From: Sminthopsis crassicaudata
Lineage: Eukaryota
DNA length: 64,000 bases
Direction: 5' to 3'
NCBI RefSeq assembly: GCF_048593235.1
Contig: NC_133619.1
Location: forward strand, 330,164,454-330,228,453
Translations under genes and position numbers: made by a program
Shown: positions 13,006 through 26,233 of the stretch, in pieces
Layout of the letters: the number at the start of each line of letters is the position of its first letter
Numbering within the stretch: the first letter of the stretch is position 1
The notes under the pieces: generated by a model
Told to the model about the DNA's origin: nothing
The model's input: only the letters and a program-made list of their open reading frames with translations
Database searches by the model: none

Positions 13006-14279
13006 GAGCCCTTGAATAATAAAAATAACCTCCACTAAAATAGTGTTTTAGGTTTGCCGAATGCTCTGATTACATTATCTCATTTGAGCCTTTCAATTAT
13101 CAGCTATCATTATCCTCATTTAACAAACATGGAAGCTGACGTTTAGGAGAGGGTAATTGATGATTAATGTTAATCCATTTTAACTGAGGTCTTCTTTATT
13201 CCAAGTCCAGAACTTTTATCGACTCCACTAAGTTGTCTCTTAATGCATCATGCATGGTGTTTGAGGGGACGACTAGCACCTCCAGTGGGAGGGCTTGCTG
13301 ATCCTTTTTCAAGGCTGCTCAATCACCTTAGATATCCACCTGGCATGCAACTCTCAGTAGTGGCTCCAAGAACTTGGAGTATGTGCAATAGTCACACTGG
13401 GGCAAGCATATCCAGGTTTCATTTTCCTATTTTGTAAAATGAATGGGCTCAACTATATGACTACTACTGTAAATCACAAAAAGGGCCAGCATAAAGAATA
13501 CCAACCCAGACCTGTCCCAGTATTCATTCTTGCTAATAATTAGATTGTTTTCCTATTAACATTTAAAGCTGTCTTGAATGAATTTTTGAGCTTCAGGGAA
13601 TACTGGATTTCTTCCCCTGACCAGTTATATCCCAGTGGTTAAAATTTCCCCATTAAAATGTAAATTCTCTATTACACAAAGTAAATGATCATCCCTACTC
13701 ATTAATAAATCTAGATTTTATACATTTAAATAGACTTTATCTAAAACTATGCATGTAAAAATCTATTCATCATTCATTATAGAACCTATAAAACTTGCAA
13801 GGGTTTAAATATAATGTTTAATGACAGAGAACATATAGTCATAATTAAAAAGGAAGGTAATATGAGTGCCACTAAAATCTCCAGCTTCCTTCAAGATTCC
13901 ACTCATGTGTCATCTTTCCCAAAAAGTCTTTTCTTATCCCTCTCGTTATTAATGCATTCTCCTTCTTAAATCATCATCTATTTACATAGTGGATCTCCTG
14001 AAAAGAACATGAGGCTCTTGAGGAAAGAGACTGTGTTTATTTTTACTTTGAATTCTTATTACCCTGCACTGTACCTTGTATAAAGTATGCACTTTAAAAT
14101 GATTTCTGGATTGGCAAAACCAAAAGAATTTAACCTCTTTGAGAGCAGAGATTGTTTCATTTATTGTATATTTATTCCTGACACCCAGCACACAGCTTGC
14201 CACACAGCAGGCACTTAATAAATGCTTGTTGATTCATCCAAGGATGTTTTTAGACCATGTTTCACTGTCATTAACTGTA

Positions 14280-14740
14280 TTTTAACTGTGGTCAGAGAGC
14301 AGTTTGTCTGAAAAAGACCTGGGGTTTCAATGAATCACACTTAAGGGTGATTGGTAACAGCTGATCAGGCTGGGGAGTGAGGTAAAGATCACACCAAACA
14401 AGGAGTTATTGAAGAAACAGAGGATGTTTAGACTGGAGAAATCTTACTTAGGGGGACACAGCTTTACTGTATTCAAATATTTGCAGGTCTCACTGAAGGA
14501 AAAGGATTTATTTGTTTTGCAGAATTAAAAGTAGTGCATGGAAGGGGGATTTCAGATTGATATAAGGAAAAATTTGCTGATAATTAAAGCCTTGGAAAAG
14601 TGGGGTGCCCCCTCTTAGGAAGGGGCAGCTCATCCATCACAAAGCACAGAGTAGGTGACCAGTGATCAAGAATGCTGTACATGTGACTCCTTTTCAGGAA
14701 GGAATTGAACTAGCTGCTCTTATCTATGATGCTCTGAATG
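14280..14740 (+). mobile_element. L3/CR1 3' end fragment
   Basis: ggatgtttagactggagaa...gtattcaaatatttg...gatttcagattgatataaggaaaaattt, typical of the L3 3' region. Confidence 0.65.
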
Positions 14741-15640
14741 ATAATAAATAACCCAGCACTGCATTCCCTGCTGACCTGCCAGTATTAACATAAAATTCAA
14801 ATCTAGAAATTTTCATTTAATCTCTTAGGCTCCCTAGTTGAATGTCATAAAGTATATTATTCTTGCTTACAGCAGGAAAAGAAGTTAGAAGATTCATAGT
14901 CCAATGTCATTACTATCCCGTGAGCCTTCATAGGGCCTACTTGTTCAGTAAAAATAAGCTGGAAGAAGGAAGGTTTTCTTTGCCAAGAAAACCCCAAATG
15001 GGGTAGCAGAATCAGGCGTGACTGAAATGATTGGACAAACAACCACCATCACAACAAAATAATACACATAGGTATTATATACTAACAACCGAATACTCCT
15101 CTTCCACTTTAAATGGTACAATGGAAAAGGAAGTGGATGTGGAATCAAGATAACCAGAGTTCATATCCTGCCTCAAATACTTATTATGTGCCTCAGTTTC
15201 TTCATTTGTAAAATAGTGATTATAATAGCACTTACTTCCCAGAATTGTTTTGAGGATAAAATTAATTAATTTTTCTAAAATACTTTGCAAACCTTCAAGT
15301 GTTATTATAAATGCTAGCTATAATTATTTATTTTATGCCCCTTCTCACATTTAGAAGCCATCAAGTCCAATCCCCTCACTTTACAGATGAAGTAATTAAG
15401 GCCTAGGGAGAATAAAAGACTTACCTCAAGAACATACAAAGTTAAGTAACAGTGCCAGGATTTTAATATAGGTTTTCTGCCTCCAAAGTCACTGCTTTTT
15501 TCATTTTCCACATATTTTTCAATAAGTATTTTATTAGGTCCAATTGTACTTCCTTATGTCATCAATTTTTTAATTTTTAGAAAAAATTTTGAAATTTTTG
15601 AAATTTTCTTTTCCCATGTCATTTTCTTAAAAGGCCATTA

Positions 15641-15772
15641 GAGGGGGCAGCTATGTGGTGCAGTAGATAGAGCACCAGCCCTGAAATCAGGAGGGCCTCA
15701 GACACTTAACACTTCCTAGCTGTGTGATCCTGGGTTTAACCCCAATTGCCTCAGACAAAAAAAAAAAAAAAA
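15641..15772 (+). mobile_element. WSINE1-like SINE with TSD
   Basis: Diagnostic cagacacttaacacttcctagc, poly(A) tail, TSD aaaagg(c/t)catta at 15629-15640 and 15773-15784. An antisense copy lies at ~15915-16050. Confidence 0.85.
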
Positions 15773-15799
15773 AAAAGGTCATTATAATTTTCTCACATA

Positions 15800-16800
15800 G
15801 TACATGGGGGCTTTAAGGTAGTAGAATAGACCATTATAGAAACACCACCAATCTGTTCCATTTTTCATTAATTTGTTTTATCCTTCCAATTTCATCCAAA
15901 CTTGTTCTGGCCTTTTTAAGAGGCAACTAGGGTTAAGTGACTAACCCAGGGTCACACAGCTACAAAGTGTTACGTGTCTGAGGTAAAATTTGAACTCAGG
16001 TCCTCCTGACTACAGGGCTGGTGTTCTATCCACTGCACCATCTACCTGTTCTTGTCTGGCTATGTTTCTAACAAACTTTCTGTATTTTTTTTTCCAACTG
16101 CATTCTACTGTTTTATGAGGTAATAACATTTCATAATACTGTCATCTTCCTCAATCATATTTTACAAGTGGGCTCATAAAGTAAGAGAACTTTTCTCTTG
16201 GCTTTCAGGTTTGTCAACTTGGCAAAAAGACCAAATGTCTGCTGGCCAAGGTTTATGGACTTTTTTGGCTAACTCCTCCTAGTGACTATTATTTTAATTA
16301 AGCTATTTAAAGGAATGGTCATTATCAACCAATGTTTCTGTTTCTGCTCATTTCCCATTTTTCTCAATCAATAGCTTCTTTAAGTCCTTTGGGTATGAAA
16401 TGATTTTTTAAAAAGTCTTTTCATCTTTACCTTTTCTTCAAATTTGATATTAAGTTTGCTTTTACCAGCCAATGATCTAACTACATATAGATAGTTGACT
16501 CTGAAATGCCTGCTACACTAGGCTCCAGTCCTTTAGCATCTGTTAAAATATAATCAGTGTCACTTTTTGGTGACATTATTTGAGATTTGTAGCATGGTTT
16601 CTTCCAGATTCCTTTTGAAGAAAGGAAAAATAATGTACAAAAGTCTTGATACCTCATTGCTTAATCCTGATTCTTATTTTCCAATTTCTTTGGGCCATCT
16701 TCTTATGTTTACTTTTGCTGTGAACTTCCCTAATATCATGACATTTGTTAACTTAGTTTTGAGGATCTTGTCAAGTTCTTCCTAGAATTGTTCTACTTTA
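15800..16800 (-). mobile_element. Old RTE-like LINE, endonuclease region
   Basis: Minus strand reads EELDKILKTKLTNVMILGKFTAKV...DYILTD...DHWLVKA, like decayed APE motifs (LGDFNAKV, IDYIL, SDHRLV). Confidence 0.6.
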
Positions 16801-18689
16801 TCAATCCCTAAAACAAATGTATGTGTACATCTTTTTGTTTCTGTTCATTATAAACATTAGAAGCTGAATAATTAAAACTCCATGAAAATGATGTTTTTGG
16901 TTGCCTTCTTACCATCCATTTAGACTGTACATACCTGTTTGTATATTGTCCCATTCCCATTAGAATGGGAGCTCTTTGAGAGATTTATTTTTGCCTTTTT
17001 TATATCTCCAGGGCTTAATACAATGTTTGACACATAATTAGTGCTTAATAAATGCTCACTAATGATGAGGCCAGCTTTACCAACTCTAGTACTTACCTTT
17101 AAAAGGAAAAATTTTCCATATAGCTGTAACATTCTCAAGTCTTTTGAAAGCTTCTCGTCATTTTCTGAAGAAAATGTCTATTTGGATATATTAAGCAACA
17201 AAAGAAGTCTATTGATCATTGAACAAAGGTGTGGTAAGAGAACTAGAAGTTGAATTTTGTAGTCAAGGGCAAGCCCAGTGATATATATTTAATAACACAT
17301 CCTGAACTAAATGCTTAATCAACAGTAGTCTCAAGACCAAGAGAGCTAAAACATCTCCAAGATGTCAAGGTCCTTAGGGGCTCATATATCACCATGAATG
17401 TGTATATTTGTGTAATCTGTGGCATGATATTTTAAAAAATCAGAAAATATGTATGAAGAGGGTTTTTTTGCTCTTTCCTTACCCCCTCCCCACAAGTGGC
17501 AAAAAGGCAATGGAATTATTTCTAGAAATAGGCAAGAAAGAATTTTTTTGGAAAGTTTGTCCAATTTATTTGCTTTCTTTATCCTAGGTTTCCCTTGGTC
17601 ATTTCTAATGAAAAATCCTCTTGGGAGGATTTATAGAAAGACATGGACAAAAATGCACAGAATAAAAAAATTATGTAAAAGGTTTACAATTTGTTCTGTT
17701 TTTGAAATTCCAACCCTGATGAGATCTCAGATCCATAAAAGCCAGTTTTTTGTTTGTTTGTGTTATTTCAAATACTGACAGTGCTAAAAGTCCAAACTTT
17801 GGGTGCACTCTGTGGATCCTGAAGAAATATACCAAAGTAGCTCACAAAGTACGATAGCTAGATGTACCATTGTCTTCATATTGGTCATGAAACCTTTGTA
17901 CAGAATCTCTCATGAGGAGATGAATAGAACATTAAAGCTATTTAGGTGGAGATGCGAGAGATAGGTATAGAGTTAATGCTTAAGATAATTGAAAGTTGAC
18001 TGGTGTGATAGATATGTGGCCAAAATATCCAAGTAGTTATATCATCCTCAGGCCACCAGAGGATAAGTTTGATACTTAAATTCATGAGAGCTGTTCTATC
18101 ATTAAAATGTCTCGTGTACAGGGATCATTACCCACTTGGGGAACAAAGTGAATATGTTGTGCTTAAGGGCTGAATGAGTTCATTCTGTGATAACAACCTT
18201 GGATAAAATTTACAACTCTCTATTTTCTCAAATTCTTGTCTGTAAGCATTTTATTACTTCAGGTTGCAAATTATATGATCCTAGAATGGAGAATCATCCC
18301 TAAGGTCCTTCCCAGTGCTAAAATTCTCTGATGCTATAATGTTGATGTAGTGTGTATTATCACCTATTGAATCTCATGAGTGTCAGAGAAAAGGGATTCT
18401 CACCTGTCCTTTTTTTCCCCAAACAATCTACTTTAACAATAATACACACTCTATGCAATAAGCAAAAAATTTTTCTCAATACTGTAGTGCTCAGTATTTT
18501 TTTTAAAACAAAACTCTCATGTCTGGAGCATAGATCTTATTTAAAGAGACGTGATATTCTGGGGACCATCAGCAATGAAGGGGATGTGGAAATACATTCT
18601 AGAAGATATTAAAGAAGACCACCTAGGTTGCAGATGGTCTAAATGAGAAGAAAAGTTGTGCTTTGCATAATCCTGCATGATGACATATT

Positions 18690-19330
18690 TTTAATCATTT
18701 TTCATAAATAAGTATTTCTTCTCCCTCCCAGTATTCCATTTAAAAAATTGGAAAAAGAAAAAAATATATAACAAATATATATAATCCAGCAAAACAAATC
18801 CATGTAGTCCAGCAAAATAAATTAGCACATTGGCCAAGTCCAAAGATGTATGTCTCATTCTGCATCTGAAGTCTATCACCTCTTTGTCAGAAAATGATAA
18901 TTATGTTCTATCATTGGTTCTCCAGAATCATGACTGATTATTATACTGATCAAGGTTCTAAATGTTCAGTGTTGTTGCTCTCACAGTATTGTTCTTATAA
19001 TATAAATTATTTTCTTGGTTCTACTTACTTCATTTTGAATCAGTTCATATAAGTCTTCCCAGGTTTTCTGAAATCACACTCTTTATCACTTCTTAAAGTG
19101 TAATGGTATATCCACTGTGGCTATACTATTATAGTTTAGCCGACTGATTTCCCAACTGATAGACATCCATTTGGTTTCCAGATTTCTGACACTACAAAAA
19201 GAGTTAGTATCAGTATTTTTATCAGTATATTTACATTATATATATATATGATATAAATCTAGTACTGGGATAGCAGTGGTTATGCACAGATTAGTGACTT
19301 TTGGGGCATAGTTTGTGGTGATTTTTCCAA
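18690..19330 (-). mobile_element. Old L1 3' fragment
   Basis: Antisense L1 3' motifs (tcagttcatataagtcttcccagg, catttggtttccag, tatgcacagattagtgactttttggggcatag). Confidence 0.65.
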
Positions 19331-20179
19331 AGGAATAAGACTCCTTGTTCAAAGAAATAAGGTCTTATTACTGACCTATGTCTGGTAGACTTGACAATTA
19401 GAAATCAGTTTTCTAAACGTAATCAGAAAAAAAAAAAAAGCATACTTAAACTGCAGCTAGGCAGTGCTGTACTGCATAGAGTGCAGGTCCTTGAATCCAG
19501 AAGACTCATCTTCCTGAGTTTAAATGTGGCCTTAGACATTTCCTAGCTATGTGTCTCTGGGCAAGTCACAACCCTATTTACTTAGTTTCCTCATCTATAA
19601 AATGAGCTAGAGAAGGAAATGGCAAATCGTTCTAGTATCTTTACCAAGAAAACCCCAAATGGGATCACAAAGAGTTGTACATGACTGAAAAAAATAATTG
19701 AGCAAAAACCCAAAATGCATAAAGTAATATGACTAAAAAGTTCTCTTCAAAGGATCATAGAGTCAAAGCTGGAAGAGATTTTTTTTTAAATAACCTAGTC
19801 TAATTCAATCCTCTGATTTTACAGAGAAAGAAACTGAGATCCAGAAAAGTCATGTGGCTTTCTGAAGGTTACTCATAATTAGAGAAATCATTTAAGCCAA
19901 GGTCCTCTGATTCTAAATTCAAGGTATTTTATCCTGAACCATATTGCTTCAGTGTCTACAATTTCATTAATTTGGTGGAAATATCTCTTTCCACCAGTAA
20001 ATACAGATCTCATGAGTTGCTATGGTTGACAAAGTCATCAGCTAGTGAACTTCAGGATAATGAGCCTTTTTCTAGTTGCTTAGAGTGGGACCTGCTGGAC
20101 AAACACAGCTCGTTACCTGCCATGTACCTGGAATGCTTCACAGGTCTTTCCACAATTTTTATTACATTGGTCTAGGCTT

Positions 20180-20850
20180 TGAGAACTAAATGCACAATGG
20201 AAAGCAATTTGGGACTATCTGCCAAAACTCACTAAGCTATACTTGCCTTCTAACCTAGAGATACCATGATTTATGATCCCAAAGAAATCAGAGAAAGAAA
20301 AAATATCCTGTATGTATAAAAATATTTATAGTAGGGGTTTTTTTTGGTTTTTTTTTTTTTTGATAGTGGTAAAGATGTAGAAACTAAAAAAGTACTCATC
20401 AGTTGGGGAATAGCTGAACAAATTATTGCGTATTAATGCAACATAATACTATTGTGTTGTAAGAAATGAGGAAATAACTAATTTTCAAGGAAACTGAGAG
20501 TCTCCTCTATGAATTGAGGCAGGACAAAATGAGCAGAACTAAGAGAACAATTTAAAAATAAAGTAAAATAATTTTGAAGGACTTTAAAAGAATTCTTATC
20601 AATGCAATGATAAACCACAATTCCATAGGATTAACAATAACCCTACCAGTCTATCTTCTGCCAGACGAATGATGTACTTAAAATGAAGAATGACTATATG
20701 TCTTTGGACATAGCTAATGTGGGAATTTGTGTTTTTTGATTATGCATATCTGTTATGATGATTTACTTTTTTATTGGAAGAAGTAGTTAGGGATAGGGGA
20801 AGAAAATAATTAAATGCTTGGTAATCGGAAGAAAATGATTTTTAAAATCT
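20180..20850 (+). mobile_element. Old L1 ORF2 end and 3' UTR
   Basis: ggaaagcaatttgg...cccaaagaaatcagagaaag...tcagttggggaatagctgaacaaatt...actattgtgttgtaagaaatgag. Confidence 0.65.
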
Positions 20851-21494
20851 TTTAAAAAAAAAAAAAAAGAAGAAGAACCCAGGCTCATTTCTATACTATA
20901 ATCAGAAATCAGAGTAAGACCTCATTGAAAGCCTGAGAAGACAGGCTAGTTAAATAAAGCGGAAAATGACACTTTAAAAGCTATCTTTGAATAAGGGCAG
21001 GTATTCCTCAAACTGCAAGAAAATAAGGGAAAAAATTCCTGAACATTCCCCTAAGTAATTGACTCAAATAATTTTTCTATTTGCCTTTAGTCACTATGAA
21101 AGAATGTTGAGATGAAATGCAGATGGAAATGGACTTTCGATCTTAGAGATAACCCAGGACCAGAAGAGCCAGACTAGATAGGTCTGAAAGTTCTGAGTGG
21201 TTATAAGGTCTAGCATCTAGGAGTGTGTAACCTAAATATTGGTTAACTGTTCCATTATCTGTGTGGATTGAAGCATGGTATTTTCACCTTTTTATTTTGT
21301 CTCCCCCTTTTGGTCTGATTTTTCTTGTATAATATATGGAAATTTAATTTAAACATTTAAATATGAAAATAAATTTAAAAGGATTGCACATATTTAACCT
21401 ATATCAGATTGCTTACAGTCTTGGGAATGAAAGAAGTTAAGGGAGGGAGGGAGAAAAATTTAGAACAAAAAGTTTTTTAAAAAATGAGTATTAT

Positions 21495-21859
21495 GAACTG
21501 AACCAGCTACACCCAGCAAAAGAACTCTGGGAGCTGGCTATGAACCACTATATAGAATTCCCAATCCCTCTATTTTTGTCCACCTGCATTTTTGATTTCC
21601 TTCACAGGCTAATTGTACACTATTTCAAAGTCTGATTCTTTTTGTACAGCAAAACAACTGTTTGGACATGTATACATATATTGTATTTAATTTATACTTT
21701 AACATATTTTACATATATTGGTCAATCTGCCATCTGGGGGGAGGAGGAAGGAGGGGAAAATTAGAACAAAAGGTTTGGCAATTGTCAATGTTATAAAATT
21801 ACCCATGCATATAGCTGGTAAATAAAAATTATTTTAAAATTAAATTAAAATTTTAAAAA
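21495..21859 (+). mobile_element. Young 5'-truncated L1 3' end nested in an older L1 tail (~21240-21900)
   Basis: Dasyurid-type L1 3' UTR with A-rich tail; TSD gagtattat at 21486-21494 and 21860-21868. Confidence 0.8.
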
Positions 21860-24800
21860 GAGTATTATAAACTATATTTACATGTATTTGGAAAAATAAA
21901 ATACTATTATATTTGGGGAAAAAAATCTCATTTTCTGAGGATATGATGGCCTTGTTGAACACCCTGAATGTGTGTACAGATAGGATATATCACCAGCTAA
22001 CAGGTAATCAAAATATTTTATTACTATATTGCATACCCAATCATGGTCAACCACAAAAAATGTCATTTATGAAAAATCCTGATACAATATAAATATAATA
22101 AACCCAGCATAGTTACATCATAAACCTCATGTAGTTAAAAAAGAAAAAAAAAACAACCATTGGGTTTGTAGTCAAAGGATCAATCACAGCTATGTGACTT
22201 TAGACAAGCCACTTCATTCCTCTGGGCTTCCTTAACTCTAAAACAAAGAGGCTGCTAATGCTAATGCTAAAGTCCTTTCTGGTTCTAAATATATAAGCTG
22301 GGGAAAAATAAAATCTCCAGGTACAAACTCAAACCATTTGATTCTAGAAAGGTCATTGTAATAATATATCTGCTACCTCAGAGAGCATGCACTTTTCAAG
22401 ATGGCTTACTCAAAGGGACAAAGGCATCCTAACTGAACTGTCCTTAATACTGGGAGCAATTAAGGATGAACTGTTCATCTTCTGAAAAATACAGTATTAA
22501 GAATATGGATTTGAAGTCTTCATACTTTGGCTTCATACTTTGGTTTTTTAAATAAAATTTGGACTTAGTCCACATGGCCTCTAAATTCTCTTTCAGCCCC
22601 AAATCTGTGGTCTGCGATTTATAAGAAGGATATTTCACTGTGGGCTTTTGAAGGTCACTAATTTTTTGTGTATGAAAATTCTTCAAGTTCAGAGAAAATC
22701 TTTGAGAATATCAGAAACCTGCAAAAAACCACAGTATGACATGGCCATGAATTTCTGCTCATCCTGAGTCAATCTTCATATTCTCCCATGAGTTACTATA
22801 TAATGTCTACCCAACATGGGGTCTTTCTCATGTTTTAAAAACAAACAAACAAGGAAGCCCTCCATTGCTTTAGGTAGATCTTCTATCAAGGACTTAAGGA
22901 AAGCATGGTTGTGACACAACTTTTGCTTTATTTCCCTTGTATTATTATGGTCAGTCTGTTTCTTGCTCTCCTAGTCTTGCCTATTCCATTCTATATCAGT
23001 GAATTCAAAGGACAAAAAACTTGTCAGTGTGCTAAGGAACTTCACTGTGGAAATAGATGGGGAAGTGAGTGATAGCAAAATTGGCCAGTGGAACAAAAAA
23101 CTCACCAGATCTTTTTTGGCTTCAAGACACAGGTATTTTTAATGGAATCACATAATTTTAGAGTAGGAATAAATAAAAGAGGTCATTTAGTTCAATCTCC
23201 TTTCTAACTCAAAAGCCCCATCTAATATCTTTGATAGGTTGGTTCTCTTTTCAAGAGAGACAAACTGGGTTTTTTGCTTTTTTTTTTTTTTTTTCACAGC
23301 TGTTACTGTGAAAAACTACCTTTTCAATGGTTATCTTCATTCAAGGAATGCGCTTCCTCCTTATCTCCATTTCTCAAAATCCATGTTAACTTTCAAGATT
23401 CAAGCTTGGTTTAATAAGTATTTATCAGAATAGGTATTCTTGGCATGAGATGTGACAATATTTCATTTTTTGATTTGGATATGGACTGATAGAAATAACC
23501 AAAGGTTTTAAATTTAAATTTGAAGCCAAAAAAAATCAGCTCAAGCTCCAAATTCTGTATGAGGGCTTTCATGGTCTCTGAAGCTACGGGTGCCTTCCTG
23601 ATATGTGATATGTGTTTTGCACATAGACATATATAATATATTTACATATATATGTTTATTGTCTCTTCCATTAGAATGTGAGTTTCTCAAGAAGAAGGAC
23701 TTTCTTGCTTTTCATTTTATCCACAGTGCACAGGACAGTACCTAGCACATAGAATATACTTCATAAATGTTTGTTGACTGACAGGAAACTTAGTTTTTGT
23801 CTTTTTATCCCCAGTGTTAAGTGCTGTGCTTTAGTACATAGTAGATGCCTAATAAATGCTTGATAATTTAATTGGTCCACTAGAATACCTCTAGTAACAG
23901 AGAGGTATTTAAAAAAGAAACTCCTTTCATTTTCAGACAGTCCTAATAGTTAGGATGTTCTCCCTAACCTTAAATTTAACTCTCTTACTTTACTTCTACT
24001 CTTTTATCTTCTCAAACCACATAGAATAAATCTAATCCTTTTCCAGATTGCAGATTCCAGGCCTTCAACTATAGGAAACCAGAAATTTATTATTCCCTTA
24101 CTTTCTCTTCTATGCTAAATATTTCCAATTCTTTCAGCCGTTTTTCAAACAGAATAGTTTGGGGATTCCTTACAAATCTAGTTGTTCTCCTCCTGACCTC
24201 TTTCATCTTGCCAGTATCTTTGCTAATTAGTAAAATGAAGGGCAGCTATGTGATGCAATCTATAGAGTACTGCCTCAAAGTTAGGAACATGAGTTCAAAT
24301 CTGACCTGAAATATTACCTAGCTGTTTGCCTAGGCAAATTACTTAACCCATATTTGCTTTGATTCTTAAGCTATAAAATAGGGGACATGCTGGAGAAGGA
24401 ACAATTAGAAAGTCATTAAATCTAAAACTCAGTTTCCTCATCTATAAAATGGAGATAATACCTGCAGTGCAGTCTCACAAAATCTCAAAATCTCCTCATC
24501 AGTAAAAATGAGATCATACAATGTCTATCCTCACAAGGTTCTTTGAAGAAAGTATTACAAAAATTACATAAATGTGAGCTATTTTTATTTACTAAATTAT
24601 AAACTCCACAAGAATAGGGACAACATTTTATCTAGATTTTACATATTTCCCACAGTATCTAGCACTGTTCCCTGCACACATGTGATCAATATATACCCAC
24701 ATACTCCAAATGTATATATGATATATTAAAAAACTGGTCAGTTCGATGGGGAAAAATATCAGCCAAATGGTTAGCTACAATATCCATGTCAGTATTTATA

Positions 24801-25182
24801 CACACATACACACACACACATACATACATTTTCACCCTTCTGTATAAGGCAACTAATTGACATTGTAATTAGAATGCTAGACTTGGGAGTCAAGAAGACC
24901 CAAGTTCAAATGTTTAATAGCTTTGTGACTTTGAGCAGATCATTTAACTTCTCTCAGTCTATTTACCTATCTGTAAAATGAGGGGGAGAAGGAAATGGCT
25001 AACCACTTCAGTACCTTTACCAAGAAATCTTTCCCAAAATGGTCAAGAAGACTCAGACAATTAAAATGACTAAATAAAAATTATTACAAGAGCAGTACAA
25101 TAGGCCAGAAAATATGGGATAACATAAATGGAAGTGGGTTTCTTGATCATATTTTGACTTGAGTAACCCCCACTCCTAGACC

Positions 25183-25185
<3 letters not shown>

Positions 25186-25266
<81 letters not shown>
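25186..25266. repeat. (TC)~40 microsatellite
   Basis: Near-perfect CT dinucleotide run with one interruption, ~175 nt upstream of the exon 6 acceptor. Confidence 0.97.
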
Positions 25267-25267
<1 letters not shown>

Positions 25268-25399
25268 ATTGGGAAGGATATGGGAGGAAAAGAAACAGAT
25301 CATTGTTCATTGAAAACTTAAAAAAATTTTAAAGTCTAGGATATACATCAGAAAAAATGTTTTTATTTAAATCAACATCAAACCCCTTTCCTGGGTTAA

Positions 25400-25606
<207 letters not shown>

Positions 25607-26022
25607 TGAAAGCCCTCTGGGGCTTGCCTTAGGATGAGTAAATAAAGTCTATTACCTGGATGGAATTGTTTTTGTCTTTATTTTGTCAACTAAGAATTCT
25701 TGAGATATATCAACACTCTCCATCTATGCATGTATAAATTCTCTCCATTTGTAACTTCAGCAATTTTAAACTTAGAGAACCATTTGGAGGTCACTCAAAT
25801 GTTGTGATTTGTCCATAGTTACACAATTAGCACATTATCAGAGGCAGGATTTTTGCCCAAGTCTTCCTGATTCCAAAGCTATCTTGTTCTCTATGAACGA
25901 TGCCTCTTTGATGGAATAGAATAGTACTGTGAGTCATTGATTCACCAAAAGCATATTAAGTGACTATTGCATATATGAATAGATGAAGGAATAAAAAGGT
26001 ATTTATTAAGTATGGAATATAT

Positions 26023-26233
26023 GTCAAGTTTCATGATGGCATGTGGGCTGGAGAATGGACAATGCTCTCATGCTTTCCCAGTCATCAAGGGAGTAAAGCA
26101 GGACTATGTGCTTGCTCCCATGCTTTTTAACACGATGCTTTCAGAGATGTTTGCAAATGCCTTCAACAAAAATGAAAAGAGCAGCAAGGTCAGCTACTAC
26201 ACTGATGTCAAATTATTCAACGTAAAAAGATAG
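26023..26233 (+). mobile_element. RTE LINE reverse transcriptase fragment
   Basis: ORF 26012-26233 contains NGQCSHAFPVIKGVKQDYVLAPMLF, like the RTE RT motif GVKQGCVLAPxLF. Confidence 0.85.
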
